Below are positions 62,232-64,000 of a stretch of 64,000 bases of DNA, one piece after another. The position numbers and the translations under genes were made by a program. Below the pieces are notes generated by a model. That model did no database searches. It was not told the origin of the DNA and worked only from the letters and a program-made list of their open reading frames with translations. This DNA comes from an uncultured Verrucomicrobiae bacterium (lineage in GTDB: Bacteria; Verrucomicrobiota; Verrucomicrobiia; Chthoniobacterales; UBA10450): contig CAWFGO010000005.1 in the NCBI GenBank assembly GCA_963815455.1, positions 192,001 to 256,000 on the forward strand, read 5' to 3'. Position 1 is the stretch's first letter, and every line of letters begins with the position of its first letter.

Positions 62232-62645
62232 ATGAACCGTGCGAAATATGTTCTTTTCGGGACGATAATTGTTATTTCGTTTCTTTTAGGTCTTGGTTTG
62301 GGTATCCACCTTGCCGCACCGGGGGAAGCGTCCATCCCTTCGGAAGAGTTTACCCAGTATTGCTTGCTCACATGGGGCAGTAAATCGAACGACTTCTGCT
62401 TCGCTCTTATGCTCGAGTATAAGCGTGGGGATTTCCTACACAGTTGGACAAGCAAATGGGGAGCGAAGTGTGGCCTTGCTCAACTAAAAGAGGCATTAGC
62501 CGTCCTGCCCAGCGGCACACATGTATTCTGGAACACTTGGCCGCCAAGAAAGTGCTATTACCCAGAGGAGCGCATCGTGAACGAAGTCCGCGAGTTCGCG
62601 AAAAATAAGGGTGTTTATCTAGAACTTTTGCCTGCTTTGCGGTAG
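62232..62645 (+). CDS. Putative immunity protein 2, N-terminally anchored
   Basis: Follows the orphan tip; MNRAKYVLFGTIIVISFLLGLGLG. Confidence 0.68.
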   Translation: MNRAKYVLFGTIIVISFLLGLGLGIHLAAPGEASIPSEEFTQYCLLTWGSKSNDFCFALMLEYKRGDFLHSWTSKWGAKCGLAQLKEALAVLPSGTHVFWNTWPPRKCYYPEERIVNEVREFAKNKGVYLELLPALR

Positions 62646-62681
62646 TAGGGTTGCCCTAAATTGACGGACAGTGGCCTAAGG
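62646..62681 (+). mobile_element. Solo IS3 left-end remnant
   Basis: tagggttgccctaaattgacggacagtggcctaagg, 31/36 match to 59220-59255. Confidence 0.85.
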
Positions 62682-62728
62682 CGCTGTTCGTTTGCTCCTT
62701 GGCTCCGAGCAAATAGAGTGGTTCCCTC

Positions 62729-64000
62729 GTGGGAAAGCATGGTTATTTAGGGGCGCGGACGCCTCGACGACGGTTTTGGCGTCGCGCGGGGATCGGCCTT
62801 GCTGTGTTCCTCGCGATTCTGGTCGTCTTTCATCAACCGATCCTCTCATTCGTAGTCCGTCAGGTGGTGCGTCATTACGCTGCCAAGGAAAATCTCCAGG
62901 TGGATTTTTGGATGGAAGGCACTGTCATCACCAATCTAAGCGTCCGTAATCTGCATGTTGTTCCGGCCGGGCCGACCGATGTCGAGTCGATCGATGCCGA
63001 TGTTGTCCGGGCCGATTACAGCCTTTTTGGATTATTGCGACACGGTCTCTCCGGGTTCTTGAAAAATGTCGAGGTGCGTTCGGCCCGGATCGCTTTGAAT
63101 CCGGCCAAGACGCCGCCCAAGCCGGCGACAAAGAAGCCGTCGAAGAAAAGTAATTTGCCCACAAGATTATTTCCGGATCGCCTGAAACTGTCCGACATCA
63201 GTCTCGTAGTGCGGGACAAACCGCACGATTTCTTTCTGCAGAATGTCGATATTGATCTCGATCAGCGCCTTCCGGGAAAATTGCACATCGGCCGAATGCA
63301 GCTGACAAACGGACAAAACTGGTCGGACATTTCCGGGGCCACGTCGTATGCGAAAAAGAATCTGGTCATCCGCGATGTCCGGTTGAACGATCAGGACCGG
63401 ATCGACTTGTTGAACGTCGATGCCTCCGATCTCGCCAATAATAAACTGGAGCTGAAAGTCGAATCGAAGATTGGCGGTGGCAGCGTGTCCGGCTCGATGC
63501 AATGGGCCAAACAAAGATCGACGGTGTCGCGCAAGATCAAATTGCACGCGGAAAATATCTCCGCCGAAGCGCTGAACAAATACGTAAATACGCCGGAGAA
63601 TTTTCTCGGCGGAAAAATTGAGAAGGTCGATGTCGATCTTGGCGGCATCTTGAAGTCACCGAGTAGTTTGAACGGCACCATTGACGCGCGACCTGCGGGA
63701 TTTTCATATCGGCGCAATTGGATTCAACAGTTGGACGTTCAATGCCTGGGTAAAGGATGGCCAGGCTGCATTGGAATCGGCCGATCTGGTCCAAAACGAA
63801 AATCACATTTATCTGCGCGGGTCGGCCCGGCTGCCCGATCGCATCGAGGATCTCGCGCAAAGCACAGCTACTCTGGAAATTGCCGCGGCGGCGGTTGATC
63901 TCGGGAAATTGACTGCTGGAATGCCCGAACCGGTCACGGGCTCGGCCCAACTCAACGGCAAGATCGACATCGACAAGGGAAAACTGCAGGCAAATTTGCT
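62729..64000 (+). CDS. TamB/AsmA-like large periplasmic protein, N-terminal part; frameshift near 63690, runs off the right edge
   Basis: N-terminal TM anchor followed by long alternating beta-strand-like sequence. Confidence 0.6.

Noticed and set aside
1..64000. Mass pseudogenization or programmed frameshifting in sucD, clpP, cinA, ald, the jag-like gene and others
   Set aside because: The breaks are single-base indels without nonsense substitutions or decay, they hit core genes, and they cluster at 42.6-45.1 kb. This pattern fits long-read consensus error.
1..64000. CRISPR array
   Set aside because: No regularly spaced 23-47-bp direct repeats and no cas genes. The repeats are dispersed palindromes or short tandem units.
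62729..64000. TamB-like gene as the Rhs secretion apparatus
   Set aside because: It lies outside the IS-marked island border and looks like core genome. Adjacency alone is insufficient.

Overview
A GC-rich bacterial chromosomal window of mostly housekeeping genes. The PEP-CTERM protein, a C-terminal 'RYYRV' secretion-type domain and the REP repertoire suggest Verrucomicrobiota, probably soil Chthoniobacterales (inference). Contents: sucC, two VOC genes, sucD and citrate synthase; an amino-sugar/polyprenyl-glycosyl cluster; lemA with an M48 protease; a beta-propeller plus MoaD pair; a large patatin; tRNA-Ala and tRNA-Ile with no rRNA; ftcD and hutI separated by an MNT-HEPN toxin-antitoxin pair; tig-clpP-clpX-cinA; nadD-rsfS; ald; rnpA-yidD-yidC-jag; and a ~9 kb Rhs polymorphic-toxin island. 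The island holds a signal-peptide Rhs, two JAB-like toxin tips, two exported immunity candidates, an IS3 and a solo IS end, and is followed by a TamB-like gene. Many conserved genes carry 1-nt frameshifts, most likely long-read assembly errors. The most unusual signals are the Rhs/JAB toxin system and a layered set of tiny palindromic and tandem repeats that nest in one another, sit in frame inside enzymes, and appear to supply stop codons and promoter elements. All functional calls come from motif reading only; no searches were run.
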